This document shows, in pieces, positions 17,275 to 27,352 of a stretch of DNA of 60,288 nt. Made by a program: the position numbers and the translations under genes. The notes under the pieces were generated by a model. It made no database searches and was not told the DNA's origin. It saw nothing but the letters and a program-made list of their open reading frames with translations. How positions within the stretch are numbered: position 1 is the first letter of the stretch; the number at the start of each line of letters is the position of its first letter. The stretch is from an uncultured Gammaproteobacteria bacterium (GTDB lineage Bacteria > Pseudomonadota > Gammaproteobacteria > SZUA-229), in contig CAWUSX010000003.1 in the NCBI GenBank assembly GCA_963924875.1, positions 1-60,288 of the forward strand. The letters run 5' to 3'.

Positions 17275-19917
17275 ATGACTAAGTTTTACAGATACATTCG
17301 CTCACTTTTATTAAAAACGTCTATAAAGAAAAAGCTCATGGTTATTACCATGTCAGTTAGCTTTGCAGGGCTCGTTGTTGTGGGAAGTAGTATCTTAATC
17401 AGAGAGGTTATAAGTCTTAATAAAATCCAGCAGATCGATTTGCAGGTATTGGCTGAAATTATGGCCAACAATACATCTGTATATTTAATGTTTGAGGATG
17501 AGGTAGGAGCAAAAAAATCACTGTCATCTCTGAAAGCAAAAAAACAGGTAACGAAGGCTATTTTATTTGATAGAAATAAAAAGTTGTTTGCTTCGCATAT
17601 TACGGACAATGACATTGATGTGACATATGATTCCATTAAAAATAAAATAGACAATGGCAATGTATTTTATGTGTGGAAAGATGCGATTGTTGACCATGAA
17701 CTGGTTGGTTACATATATATAGAATCAGATGACTCGTTAGTTAAAGAGTTTGTATATGGTGCGGTTATAGCGTTGATAACAGCGTTAACGATAGGTTTTT
17801 TTGTGACCTATCTTTTGGCGTCACGACTGCAAAAAATAATATCTGAGCCTGTAGAACATTTGACAAAGACAGCGTCTGCAATTACTGCTCAGCAAGATTA
17901 TAGTTTGCGAGCAGAGAAGGAAAGTGAAGATGAAATTGGCGTGTTGACTGATGAGTTTAATAAAATGCTCGGCCAGTTGCAGATACAGAATATGGAGCTC
18001 AAAGAATCTGAAGCCAGATTTAGAGAAGTGGTGGAGCAGTCTGTTGATGCATTATTTATTATGGAGATGGATGGGCGTATTGTAGATGTCAATTATGCAG
18101 CATGTGAAACACTGGGTTATAAGCGGCAGGAGCTCCTAGATCTCAATATTATGGATATTAATACGGCAATTAATAATGTTTCCAGTTTTTACGAAGCCAT
18201 GAATAAGTTGAAGCAGGATAAAAATCTGGTTATAGAAGGTGAACAAAAAACAAAAAATGGTGGACGTATCCCAGTAGAAAACAGGCTGGGTTTCGTTAAT
18301 ATAAAAGGTCATAAACTAGTTTTAGCCTCAGCCCGAGACATTACAGAAAGAATTCAATCACGAAAAGAGCTGTTGCAGGCAAATGATTTGCTAGAAATAA
18401 AAGTCAGTGAAAGAACGAGTACATTGAAGAGTGTAAATGCCGCATTGTCAGTAGAGAAAGAACGGGCGGAATTGGCGAATAAGGCTAAAAGTTTATTTTT
18501 GGCTAATATGAGTCATGAGATTAGAACGCCAATGAATGCGGTGATAGGCTTTACAGATGTGCTGGCAACAAGCGGTTTGACAGAGCGGCAAAAAAGTTAC
18601 GTTAAGTCAATACAGTCAGGCAGTAGGAATTTGTTGATTTTAATTAATGATATTTTAGATCTGTCAAAAATTGAAGCTGGAAAAATTAAAATTCAGTCTG
18701 ATAAGGTTTATGTCAGACAAATAATTGACGATATTAAAAAAGTTTTTTTCATGACAGCAAAAGACAAAGGCTTATCTTTTGAATTGGATATTGATGAAGC
18801 AGTTCCTAATGTAATAATGTCAGATGAAGTTAGGTTGAGACAGATATTGTTTAATTTAACGAATAATGCATTGAAATTTACACGTGAAGGTGGAGTGAAG
18901 ATAAAGGCAGAATATAAAATTGCAACGGAAGGTGATATTTTTTATAGCTTAATCATTAAAGTGAATGACACAGGAATAGGTATAGCCAAAGAGTATCAGG
19001 AAAGTATATTCAATATATTTGAGCAACAGGACAATCAGGATACGCGTGAATTTGGAGGTGCAGGTTTAGGTTTGGCGATTAGTGGGCGTTTGGCGGAGAA
19101 ACTTAATTCTACAATCACAGTGGAAAGCAGAAAAGGCGTAGGTAGTTGTTTCACATTGCTGGTGCGCTCGCCGGAAGTCGTAGTAGAAAATGATGAAATC
19201 GTCGTAGGGGACAGTGTTGACGAAGTTAATTTTGAAGCCGCGACAATAGTTATTGTAGATGACATTGATGTGAATCGTAGTCTTATTGGTGAGTATTTAG
19301 CTGATCAGCCGTTTGAAATTTTGCAGGCATCAGATGGCGCGGAAGGATTGGCATTAATTAAGTCAAAAAAACCAGATTTGGTGCTGATGGATATTCGGAT
19401 GCCAAAAATGAATGGTATCGAAGCAACTAAATTGATAAAACAAGATTCTATGATCTCCGATATTCCAGTTATTGCAGTAACTGCATCAGTGGTGGAGGAT
19501 AATAGATCGGACAGGAAAAAAGGCGTTTTTGACTATGTGCTATATAAGCCGTTAAGTAAGAAAAAGTTAAACGAATGTCTGCAAAAATTTCTTAAAGTTC
19601 AGGGCTCAAGCAGAGGAATCTCTGGCGTTGAAAGCTTTAGTGATCGATTGGAACGCGAGATGCTGGATGCGACAGAAGAGTTTGTAGCTGAAATGTCTGA
19701 GTACGAGGATGAGATTTCACGATCTATTAATAAAGGAAGTTTTACAGGGCTTGATGCGCTGCTAGAAGATTTGTGTGGTTTAGCAACATCTCAAAACATG
19801 ATTGAGTTTAAAAAATTGGTTTCTCAATTAAGGGAAGCAAATAACCAGTTTGATATAGAGTCGACGCAGAGATTGTTAACAATATTGCTTGCAAAGATAC
19901 ATGGCTTGAAGGGATAG
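17275..19917 (+). CDS. Hybrid sensor histidine kinase (2 TM with periplasmic CHASE-like region, HAMP, PAS, HisKA, HATPase, REC)
   Basis: H-box 'FLANMSHEIRTPMNA', 'RQILFNLTNNALKFT', 'DTGIGI', 'GGAGLGLAIS'; REC 'DLVLMDIRMP'. Confidence 0.93.
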   Translation: MTKFYRYIRSLLLKTSIKKKLMVITMSVSFAGLVVVGSSILIREVISLNKIQQIDLQVLAEIMANNTSVYLMFEDEVGAKKSLSSLKAKKQVTKAILFDRNKKLFASHITDNDIDVTYDSIKNKIDNGNVFYVWKDAIVDHELVGYIYIESDDSLVKEFVYGAVIALITALTIGFFVTYLLASRLQKIISEPVEHLTKTASAITAQQDYSLRAEKESEDEIGVLTDEFNKMLGQLQIQNMELKESEARFREVVEQSVDALFIMEMDGRIVDVNYAACETLGYKRQELLDLNIMDINTAINNVSSFYEAMNKLKQDKNLVIEGEQKTKNGGRIPVENRLGFVNIKGHKLVLASARDITERIQSRKELLQANDLLEIKVSERTSTLKSVNAALSVEKERAELANKAKSLFLANMSHEIRTPMNAVIGFTDVLATSGLTERQKSYVKSIQSGSRNLLILINDILDLSKIEAGKIKIQSDKVYVRQIIDDIKKVFFMTAKDKGLSFELDIDEAVPNVIMSDEVRLRQILFNLTNNALKFTREGGVKIKAEYKIATEGDIFYSLIIKVNDTGIGIAKEYQESIFNIFEQQDNQDTREFGGAGLGLAISGRLAEKLNSTITVESRKGVGSCFTLLVRSPEVVVENDEIVVGDSVDEVNFEAATIVIVDDIDVNRSLIGEYLADQPFEILQASDGAEGLALIKSKKPDLVLMDIRMPKMNGIEATKLIKQDSMISDIPVIAVTASVVEDNRSDRKKGVFDYVLYKPLSKKKLNECLQKFLKVQGSSRGISGVESFSDRLEREMLDATEEFVAEMSEYEDEISRSINKGSFTGLDALLEDLCGLATSQNMIEFKKLVSQLREANNQFDIESTQRLLTILLAKIHGLKG

Positions 19918-19925
19918 GTGAAGAT

Positions 19926-20981
19926 ATGGCTCGACGATTTAAAATACTTGTTGTGGATGACGCGCCAAAAAATATTCAGGTTGTGGCTAACTTGTTGGGC
20001 GATACTGATTATGATATTTCATATGCAACGAATGGCCGTCGGGCACTTGAATTAGTTGAAGAAGATAGATTTGATTTGGTCCTGCTCGATGTGATGATGC
20101 CAGAAATGAGCGGCTATGAAGTGTGCAGGACCATCAAAAAAGATAGTTTTTGCGATGATCTTCCTGTTATCTTTATTACGGCAAAAACAGATGAAGAAAG
20201 TTTAATTGAAGCCTTTGATGCAGGCGCACAGGATTATGTAACCAAGCCTTTTAATGCGGCAGAATTAATGGCAAGAATTAGAACGCATCTTAAATTAAAA
20301 GCATTTGAAGACTCGCAACAAGTGGTGATTGATAATGCATTAGCTGAGTTGAAAGTTTTAAATCAAGAGATTATTGAAACACAAAAAGAAGTTATATTCA
20401 CTATGGGGTCTATTGGAGAAACGCGTTCAAGAGAAACCGGGCTGCATGTAAAACGCGTGGCAGAATATTCCAGGCTGCTAGCAAAGTTATCGGGATTGGA
20501 CGACTATGAGGCCGATCTTATTGCTATGGCTTCGCCGATGCATGATATCGGAAAAGTAGGTATTCCGGATTCCATTTTAAATAAAAAAGGAAGGCTGGAC
20601 GAAGCAGAGTTTGAAATTATGAAAACCCACGTAATTATTGGTTATGACATGCTAAAACATAGTGAGCGGCCTATATTACGCACAGCGGCCACAATTGCGC
20701 TTGAGCATCACGAAAAATGGGATGGGAGTGGTTATCCAAAAGGATTAAAAGAAAATAAAATACATATTTATGGGCGCATTACGGCATTGGCTGATGTGTT
20801 CGATGCGCTTGGTTCCGACAGATGTTATAAAAAGGCATGGGCTGATGAGGATATTTTTGCACTATTAAAAGAACAAAGCGGAAAACATTTTGATCCGACT
20901 TTGATTGATATGTTTTTCTCCAATATAGAAGACTTTTTCTCTATTAGAACACAATATCGAGATGCCTCATCAGGTCCTTAG
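19926..20981 (+). CDS. Response regulator with HD-GYP c-di-GMP phosphodiesterase domain (RpfG-like)
   Basis: REC 'LLDVMMPEMSGY'; 'PMHDIGKVGIPD', 'HHEKWDGSGYPKGL', 'ADVFDAL'. Confidence 0.92.
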   Translation: MARRFKILVVDDAPKNIQVVANLLGDTDYDISYATNGRRALELVEEDRFDLVLLDVMMPEMSGYEVCRTIKKDSFCDDLPVIFITAKTDEESLIEAFDAGAQDYVTKPFNAAELMARIRTHLKLKAFEDSQQVVIDNALAELKVLNQEIIETQKEVIFTMGSIGETRSRETGLHVKRVAEYSRLLAKLSGLDDYEADLIAMASPMHDIGKVGIPDSILNKKGRLDEAEFEIMKTHVIIGYDMLKHSERPILRTAATIALEHHEKWDGSGYPKGLKENKIHIYGRITALADVFDALGSDRCYKKAWADEDIFALLKEQSGKHFDPTLIDMFFSNIEDFFSIRTQYRDASSGP

Positions 20982-22127
20982 CTTCACTTCTCGGGTATTG
21001 TTTTTAGGATATTTGTTTTTAATATTTATTTTTGAGATTACAAGTTCCGAACTGGCACGATATGCAGTTAACTTTCCGCCTATTAATGTTATCAATCCAG
21101 GGTGGTTTCTATCTTCTATAATGAGGCTTTCTCTTGATTTTCTGGATATAGAGGTCTTGTCTTTTGGTAATACTCTCAAGCCACAAAAGCTACTAATAAT
21201 GTCTTCAGTGCATATTTTGGAGCTGAAATTTTGATTGTACACATTAATTAAATAGTCGATGTCTTGCTTTGTTGGTACTACGTTGTCAGCTGCGCCGGTG
21301 TATGGCGTTTCGGTTGTGCCAATTAAGGTGTGCTTTTCTTTCCATGGTATAACGAATACGGCTCTATTGTCATTGGTTTCAAGATAGTAGGCGCCTTGTG
21401 TTGTCTTTATGTTAACGACAATATGAGATCCTGAAATCAGGTCAATGGCTGGCAGGTTTAATTTGGGGTGGATTTTTTCCTGTGTTTCTTTCACCCATGG
21501 CCCGCTGCAATTGATAATATATTTCGATTTTATAGCGTGTGCTTTTTTTTCCGTCTCATAATTTATTAGATGAAGTTTATGTTGATAATTTGAGCTAATA
21601 AAATTTGCGTTATAGATGAACTCTGCGCCATAGCTTTGTGCTGATTTTGCAACCGACTGGGTAAGCAGTTGATCGTCTGTTTGAGCATCAAAGTATTTGA
21701 ATACGCTATTTAGGTTTTCTGTTTTTAGGTGATCTAGTAATGGCCATTGTTCTTTCTTTATAATTTCAAAGGGTTTTAAACTCAATAATGTGTAAATACT
21801 GAGCCCTAGCCATATCATCCAGCTGGGACGAGAGTTATTGCGATAAACAGGAATATAAAAGGGTATTAGTTTTACTAGCTCAGGTGCATTTTTTAGTAAG
21901 CGCTTTCTTTCCTGTAGGCATTCCTTAACCAGACCAAACTGCCCGCTTTCCAAATACCTTAGGCCGCCATGGATTAGTTTGCTTGATTTACAGGAAGTAC
22001 CCATGCCTGCATGTGGCTTTTTTTCTATAAGCAGCGTTTTGTATCCGCTTACTGCGGCAGCCTGAGCAACACCTGCGCCCTGTATACCGGCACCAATAAC
22101 CACGATGTCATAACAGTCCTTTTGCAT
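20970..22127 (-). CDS. glpD: FAD-dependent glycerol-3-phosphate dehydrogenase (short form)
   Basis: 'GAGIQGAG', 'TSCKSSKLIHGGLRYLE', 'LIGTTET', 'GLRVLP', 'GGKLTAYR'. Start taken at MQKDCYD. Confidence 0.8.
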   Translation of the reverse strand: MQKDCYDIVVIGAGIQGAGVAQAAAVSGYKTLLIEKKPHAGMGTSCKSSKLIHGGLRYLESGQFGLVKECLQERKRLLKNAPELVKLIPFYIPVYRNNSRPSWMIWLGLSIYTLLSLKPFEIIKKEQWPLLDHLKTENLNSVFKYFDAQTDDQLLTQSVAKSAQSYGAEFIYNANFISSNYQHKLHLINYETEKKAHAIKSKYIINCSGPWVKETQEKIHPKLNLPAIDLISGSHIVVNIKTTQGAYYLETNDNRAVFVIPWKEKHTLIGTTETPYTGAADNVVPTKQDIDYLINVYNQNFSSKICTEDIISSFCGLRVLPKDKTSISRKSRESLIIEDRNHPGLITLIGGKLTAYRASSELVISKINIKNKYPKNNTREVKLRT

Positions 22128-22140
22128 AGAAAAAGTCGAT

Positions 22141-22905
22141 TTATCTATGAGCTTGATCCGATAACAAATTAAGTGCGAGTATTGGGTGTTCAAACATATT
22201 CCGCACATCGCGGGTTTCTATTAATGGGATATTATGGCTCGCATAATGCAATGCTAATTCGGGGTCGGTAATGTCGTACACCATCCAGTGCCAGTCGCCG
22301 GGCCAGGGGTCTGTGTTATGAGGAATTTTTCTATGGTTAATAATGAGATATTCAGGTGCAATCTTTTTTGCAATTTTATGGCTGAAATCATCGTAGCTAT
22401 GCAACACCCAACCGGTTAAAAAATCACTATTCTTTTTTGTATATTCTATGGCGGATATATCGTATGAAATAATCACGCATTGCGAATGAATAATATCTAG
22501 AGTCTTGAGTAAATCCCGCATGATAATAGCCGTACCATATTGCTCTAGTGTCTCGCTCTTTATTTCTACAAATGCTGTGGCACGAGGATATTTTTGCAGT
22601 AACTGAACAACATCCGTTAGGCGTGGAATGTGTTGATTAAAAAAAGCCAGTGAGAAACGTTCTGGCTCATGAGCGCGAATATTCTTAATTTCATCGTAGC
22701 TCATTTCAAACAGGTTGCCCTGTATACCTGTCGTCCTCAGTAGGTCTGTATCGTGAAACACAACAAGCTCACCATCGGCGGTGCATTGCACATCAAACTC
22801 AATATAGCTTGCACCACATAATAAAGCAGATTCTAAAGAAATTAGCGTGTTTTCAGGGTAGCTCTCCATTAAACCGCGATGCGCTACAAGATGAGGAATG
22901 GCCAT
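22141..22905 (-). CDS. Glycerophosphodiester phosphodiesterase
   Basis: 'VAHRG...PENTL', 'IEFDVQCTADGELVVFHD', 'VEIK'. Confidence 0.88.
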   Translation of the reverse strand: MAIPHLVAHRGLMESYPENTLISLESALLCGASYIEFDVQCTADGELVVFHDTDLLRTTGIQGNLFEMSYDEIKNIRAHEPERFSLAFFNQHIPRLTDVVQLLQKYPRATAFVEIKSETLEQYGTAIIMRDLLKTLDIIHSQCVIISYDISAIEYTKKNSDFLTGWVLHSYDDFSHKIAKKIAPEYLIINHRKIPHNTDPWPGDWHWMVYDITDPELALHYASHNIPLIETRDVRNMFEHPILALNLLSDQAHR

Positions 22906-22942
22906 GTTGTTAACTCAAATAATTATATTGTGTACATTAAGT

Positions 22943-24373
22943 CTAGTTGCTGTTGCAGTACTTTTCTATCTCTCCGACAAACTGTTGATAACGGTCGAAT
23001 AATCGAATGTTTTTAACAGGTGAAAATATTTTTTCTACTGGCAGGTGATGCCAGATTTGATTGTTCTTTGGTATTTTTTTACTTAACCAGGCACAGCCGC
23101 GGGCACTAGATTCGCATTCTTTGTAGCGTAAAACTTTCGCATTGCAAAGGTCGGCCAGTTTTTGGCATAAGCCATCAAGCTGAGATAATCCTCCGCTTAC
23201 CAGAATCGCCTCAGCTGGTTGTTCAAATTGTTGTAGGTTATTAAAAATTAAAAACGCGATACTTTCAATAATGGCGACATATTGCTGGGCATCTGTATAC
23301 ATTTTTTTATTCGGGATGAATTTTGGCTCGCCTGCTGAACACCACCAGGGTGAGCCAATGCCAGCGACAGTATTTATAAACAGAGGCGGGGATTTAACTT
23401 CATTTAACCATTGAGGCAGGTGGCTAAATAGATTTTTCTCAGGCATGTTTTTCTGTGCCCAGCTAAGTGCCGCGCCTGCGCCATTAACGGTGCCTTCGGT
23501 TATATAATCAGCGGTATTGTGTTGGCTTCTGGCAATACTGCGGAGTAATTGATTAGAACCCTGTTTTTCACGTGCTGTCGAGAGTATAAATGCGCCGGTA
23601 CCGATGTTTACGAGGGCTTCGTTGTTGTTAAGCGGTGGGTATGCATGCAAGGCCGCATTCTGGTCTCCACAGACGCAGGTAACGGGTATGTTTAGCGCTG
23701 TTAAAAGGCCATATTGATGAATCACAGGTTTTAACTGAGGTAAGCAATTAACGTTTATCTGGAATAAGCTTAATAATTCATCTGACCATTTAAGTCTTTC
23801 TATATCAAATAGCTGGGTGCGTTGGGCGTTGCTGTGATCGATAACAAAGGGTTGATCCTGCAGCAGGTGAAATAATAAGAAGCTGGCTAATGGCGCCAGG
23901 CATAATTGCCTGTTTTGCATGGCTTGAGCAACCGCGTCGTCATGGGTTAATAACCAGTGCATTTTTCCCGCGGAGTAATGGGCTGAAAGTGGTAAACCGG
24001 TGATTTTTCTTATGCGGTTGTTGTCAAAATCTAGTGATTCAATAAAGCCTTGAGAGCGCAAGTCTCGCCAGCTAATAACCGGTGAAAGGGGTTGTCCACT
24101 GGTTTTATGCCAGGCAACTATGCTTGAACGCTGAGTGCATATTCCGCAATTTATAATGAAAGGGATATATTCGGGCTTTATCTGCCGAAATAGCGAATGA
24201 AACGAGGCGAGTATTGCATTGGCGCTTTGTTCATATTGAACGCCATCATTTTGCGTAATAATGTTTTGTGAGGCCGACTGTAAAAGGCTACCGTCGTCAG
24301 CAAACACGGCAATTCTACTGGCATGAGAGCCCTGGTCTAGTATCAGAGTAAGTTGTCTGGTTTGAGTTTTCAT
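22943..24373 (-). CDS. FGGY-family kinase, glycerol-kinase-like
   Basis: 'LDQGSHASR', 'TQRSSIVAW', 'ISWRDLRS', 'GDQNAA', 'NIGTGAF', 'SGGLS'; in an operon with GDPD and glpD. Confidence 0.8.
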   Translation of the reverse strand: MKTQTRQLTLILDQGSHASRIAVFADDGSLLQSASQNIITQNDGVQYEQSANAILASFHSLFRQIKPEYIPFIINCGICTQRSSIVAWHKTSGQPLSPVISWRDLRSQGFIESLDFDNNRIRKITGLPLSAHYSAGKMHWLLTHDDAVAQAMQNRQLCLAPLASFLLFHLLQDQPFVIDHSNAQRTQLFDIERLKWSDELLSLFQINVNCLPQLKPVIHQYGLLTALNIPVTCVCGDQNAALHAYPPLNNNEALVNIGTGAFILSTAREKQGSNQLLRSIARSQHNTADYITEGTVNGAGAALSWAQKNMPEKNLFSHLPQWLNEVKSPPLFINTVAGIGSPWWCSAGEPKFIPNKKMYTDAQQYVAIIESIAFLIFNNLQQFEQPAEAILVSGGLSQLDGLCQKLADLCNAKVLRYKECESSARGCAWLSKKIPKNNQIWHHLPVEKIFSPVKNIRLFDRYQQFVGEIEKYCNSN

Positions 24374-24590
24374 CTACCGCTCGGTGTTTATCTATACCAA
24401 TTAAAGACCAGATTTGAGTAAATGTCTGGGGATGGGCTTGATTATCGGTAATCGACCGCAACATAAGAAAATGTTAATATTTATAAGCTTTATTTAATGG
24501 GGCTGCGGCATGGAGCAAAACGACAACTCGTTTTCGGCTACAGATTTGTTAAATTTTAAATAGAATTGAAATAGATTGGGAGACTGGCTA

Positions 24591-24965
24591 GTGGCTACTG
24601 TTGAATTAAATGAACAAACGCTTGAAAAAACGGTTGTAGAAAACGACATTGTTATTATTGATTTTTGGGCGCCCTGGTGCGGACCATGTAAGTCATTTGG
24701 GCCTATTTACGAGGAAGTCTCTGAAAAACATCCGGGCATTGTGTTTGCCAAGGTAAATACCGAAGAAGAGCAGGCCATTGGTGCACATTTTCAAATTCGT
24801 TCTATTCCAACATTAATGATTTTTCGCGAACAGGTTGTGTTGTTTTCTGAGGCGGGTATGTTGCCAGCAAAGGCGCTTGAGGAACTCATCGAACAGGTGA
24901 AAGCCCTGGATATGGTGCAGGTTAAAGCGGAAATAGATGCCGCGGAAACAGAGTCTAAGGCTTAG
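24591..24965 (+). CDS. Thioredoxin
   Basis: 'IDFWAPWCGPCK', 'IRSIPTLMIF'; GTG at 24591 with GGAG SD preferred over the TTG at 24576. Confidence 0.93.
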   Translation: MATVELNEQTLEKTVVENDIVIIDFWAPWCGPCKSFGPIYEEVSEKHPGIVFAKVNTEEEQAIGAHFQIRSIPTLMIFREQVVLFSEAGMLPAKALEELIEQVKALDMVQVKAEIDAAETESKA

Positions 24966-25294
24966 CGCTTACCTGTAGGTAGCCCTGGTGCCGGATGGTT
25001 TCCATTCGGTAATCCATGTTTGCAGTTTATAAAACGACTGCCCGGTAAGGCTTTTCTTAAGCTTATAATGTAAAAGATGCTGTGTTTTGAGTATTGGCTA
25101 TAACGGGTGTCGGTTGAAAAATCAACCCGATAGTGGTGGCCAAATGAAGTGCCATCTTCCATTTTTAGTTTCTATGCGTCGTTTGTTATGCTGTCGACGA
25201 CTATCGCTGTTATTACCGCATCGAATATTCCATTTCTTTGAAAAAACAATAAGATACGTTGTTTTTGTGCATTCTAAAAATTACTCGAGAATTA

Positions 25295-25323
25295 AAAAAG
25301 GCCGCTACTTTAGCGGCCTTTTT
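25295..25323. terminator. Intrinsic terminator downstream of adk (bidirectional)
   Basis: AAAAAGGCCGCTA-ctt-TAGCGGCCTTTTT. Confidence 0.88.
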
Positions 25324-25353
25324 AGTGTGTTGCTCAATGCTTATTTACAGCGA

Positions 25354-26565
25354 TTACTTGATTTTTTTTAGCATTTTTAGCAGGTCTTTATGGTATTGAA
25401 CAGCGAATTGAGTTCGCAGCTTATCTTTATTGAGCTCAATGTTTATCAACGCCTCATTACGTTTTTCCGTCTCTGCTACTTCACTGTTAACCTGCTTAAG
25501 TTCAGCCTGTAACTGTTTCAGGTTGTCACGCATGGTTTGCATTATATCTGCAGGTTTTTTTGTTACAGATTTCTTTTTGCTCGCAATCACCTTTTTCTTT
25601 GCGGTAGGTACTTTTATGGGTTCGGCTTTAGGCTTAAGCGGTTTCTTTACGGTGGTTTTTTTCGCCGGTGCTTTTTTGCGAGCAGGGGCTTTTTTAGCCG
25701 TTACTGCTGGGGCAGGGCTCGGCACGGGCGGATTAATTTGAGGCTTAGGGGGTTCAGGGATTGCTGCAGGTGTAGGGCTTTTCTCCGGCACTGCAGGGCT
25801 AGTGTTTATTTTATTTAATGTGGTAACTGCAGGCGTTGCAACTTTAGCCGCTGGCGGAGTGCTAGTGACTGTTACGGTTGGTTTTGGCGCAGCAGGCTTG
25901 GGCGTACTATTAATGAATTTAACGGATTTTAGTGCGTTCTGTAGTCTAGTGAATATGCTCTTGATATCACCCTTGCCATCTATAATAGAAAGCTTTCCCT
26001 GTTCTGCATAGTAGCTGGCAACGGGTTTAGTCTGTGTTTCGTATACACGCAGGCGCCTACTAATTGTTTCTTCGTTGTCATCAGAGCGGTGGTGGAGTCT
26101 GCCACCACATTTATCACACTCTTCACCCAGTGAAGGGGGGTTGGTGAATATATTAAATACCGCGTTGCACTCTTCACATGTTAGGCGCCCGGTTAGGCGT
26201 TGCATCAAATCATCAAAGTCGACATCAATCAGAATGGATTTCTGGATCGGCATAAGCAGGCTATTTAGCAGGGTATCGAGCTCTGCAGCTTGTACAACAT
26301 TGCGTGGGAAGCCATCGAGAACAAATCCATTGATGATGTCGGGGTTGCTTAAGCGTTCACGAATTAAGCCGAAAACAAGGTCATTAGGCACTAACTGACC
26401 TGCATCCATAATGGTTTTTGCCTGTCTGCCAAGAGGTGTTTGTGCCTCTACTGCGGCGCGTAACAGATCGCCGGTTGAAATTTGCGGGATATTTAATTTT
26501 TCAATAAGCAGCTTGGCTTGTGTGCCTTTACCGGAGCCAGGTGCTCCCAATAGTACAAGTTTCAT
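25354..26565 (-). CDS. adk: Adenylate kinase with 4-Cys LID and long C-terminal extension
   Basis: P-loop 'GAPGSGKGTQA', 'ISTGDLLR', 'LDGFPRN', CxxC...CxxC LID, 'RSDDNEETI'; residues about 216-403 are extra. Confidence 0.93.
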   Translation of the reverse strand: MKLVLLGAPGSGKGTQAKLLIEKLNIPQISTGDLLRAAVEAQTPLGRQAKTIMDAGQLVPNDLVFGLIRERLSNPDIINGFVLDGFPRNVVQAAELDTLLNSLLMPIQKSILIDVDFDDLMQRLTGRLTCEECNAVFNIFTNPPSLGEECDKCGGRLHHRSDDNEETISRRLRVYETQTKPVASYYAEQGKLSIIDGKGDIKSIFTRLQNALKSVKFINSTPKPAAPKPTVTVTSTPPAAKVATPAVTTLNKINTSPAVPEKSPTPAAIPEPPKPQINPPVPSPAPAVTAKKAPARKKAPAKKTTVKKPLKPKAEPIKVPTAKKKVIASKKKSVTKKPADIMQTMRDNLKQLQAELKQVNSEVAETEKRNEALINIELNKDKLRTQFAVQYHKDLLKMLKKIK

Positions 26566-26656
26566 ATTATCTGTCCCCTAACAGCCCTTTTTAGGTGTAA
26601 TACTACTGGATTTTAATCAATGCGTAGAATATGTCGAGTATTCTAATGCGGCTTTT

Positions 26657-26670
26657 TGATATAATGCGCC
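26657..26670 (+). promoter_or_regulatory. Putative extended -10 promoter with GC-rich discriminator, upstream of ppa
   Basis: TGATATAAT followed by GCGCC. Confidence 0.4.
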
Positions 26671-26789
26671 AACTCTGAATAATCCGTTCAGCTGATTTGT
26701 AGCTAAATACTGATGCGGTTCGTACATTAGCGTAGCAGTAAACGGAATTGATTTTTAAATACGCCGTATATTTTTAAGGTAATAGTTGT

Positions 26790-27326
26790 ATGAATCTTTC
26801 TAATCTCCCGTTAGGTGAAGATGTCCCTCGTGATATTAATGTTGTTATTGAAATTCCTTCACATGGGCCGCCGGTTAAATACGAAGTAGATAAAGACAGT
26901 GGTACGTTATCAGTAGATCGTTTTATGGGCACGGCGATGTTCTATCCCTGTAATTATGGCTTTTTGCCCCACACACTATCAATGGACGGCGATCCTGTTG
27001 ATGTGTTGGTGGTCACGCCTGTGCCATTGATTTCTGGCTCGGTTATTCGTTGTCGTCCAGTGGGTATGTTAGAAATGACCGATGAAGCCGGTGAAGATCA
27101 CAAAATATTAGCTGTACCAGTGAGTAAGTTAACCAAACTTTATGATGAGGTGCGTAAGCCTCAAGATTTACATGACGATACGCTGAATCAAATTACTCAC
27201 TTCTTTGAACAGTACAAAGCGCTGGAAACCGGCAAGTGGGTTAAGGTTGAAAATTGGGTAGGTGTTGAGCGGGCGCATGAAGAAATTCTTAGCAGCATTG
27301 AGCGATACAATAAGACAGCCGATTAA
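26790..27326 (+). CDS. ppa: Inorganic pyrophosphatase
   Basis: 'KYEVDKDSG', 'YPCNYGF', 'DGDPVDVLV', '[10 protein letters not shown]'. Confidence 0.96.
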   Translation: MNLSNLPLGEDVPRDINVVIEIPSHGPPVKYEVDKDSGTLSVDRFMGTAMFYPCNYGFLPHTLSMDGDPVDVLVVTPVPLISGSVIRCRPVGMLEMTDEAGEDHKILAVPVSKLTKLYDEVRKPQDLHDDTLNQITHFFEQYKALETGKWVKVENWVGVERAHEEILSSIERYNKTAD

Positions 27327-27352
27327 TTCACAGGAGATTTAGAATCACCTAA

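Noticed and set aside
25087-25371. Plus-strand 94-aa ORF
   Set aside because: Runs through the adk terminator and has atypical composition.
26625-26645. TAGAATA-N7-TATTCTA palindrome in the adk/ppa divergent promoter
   Set aside because: AT-rich 7-bp arms can arise by chance, and no regulator could be assigned.
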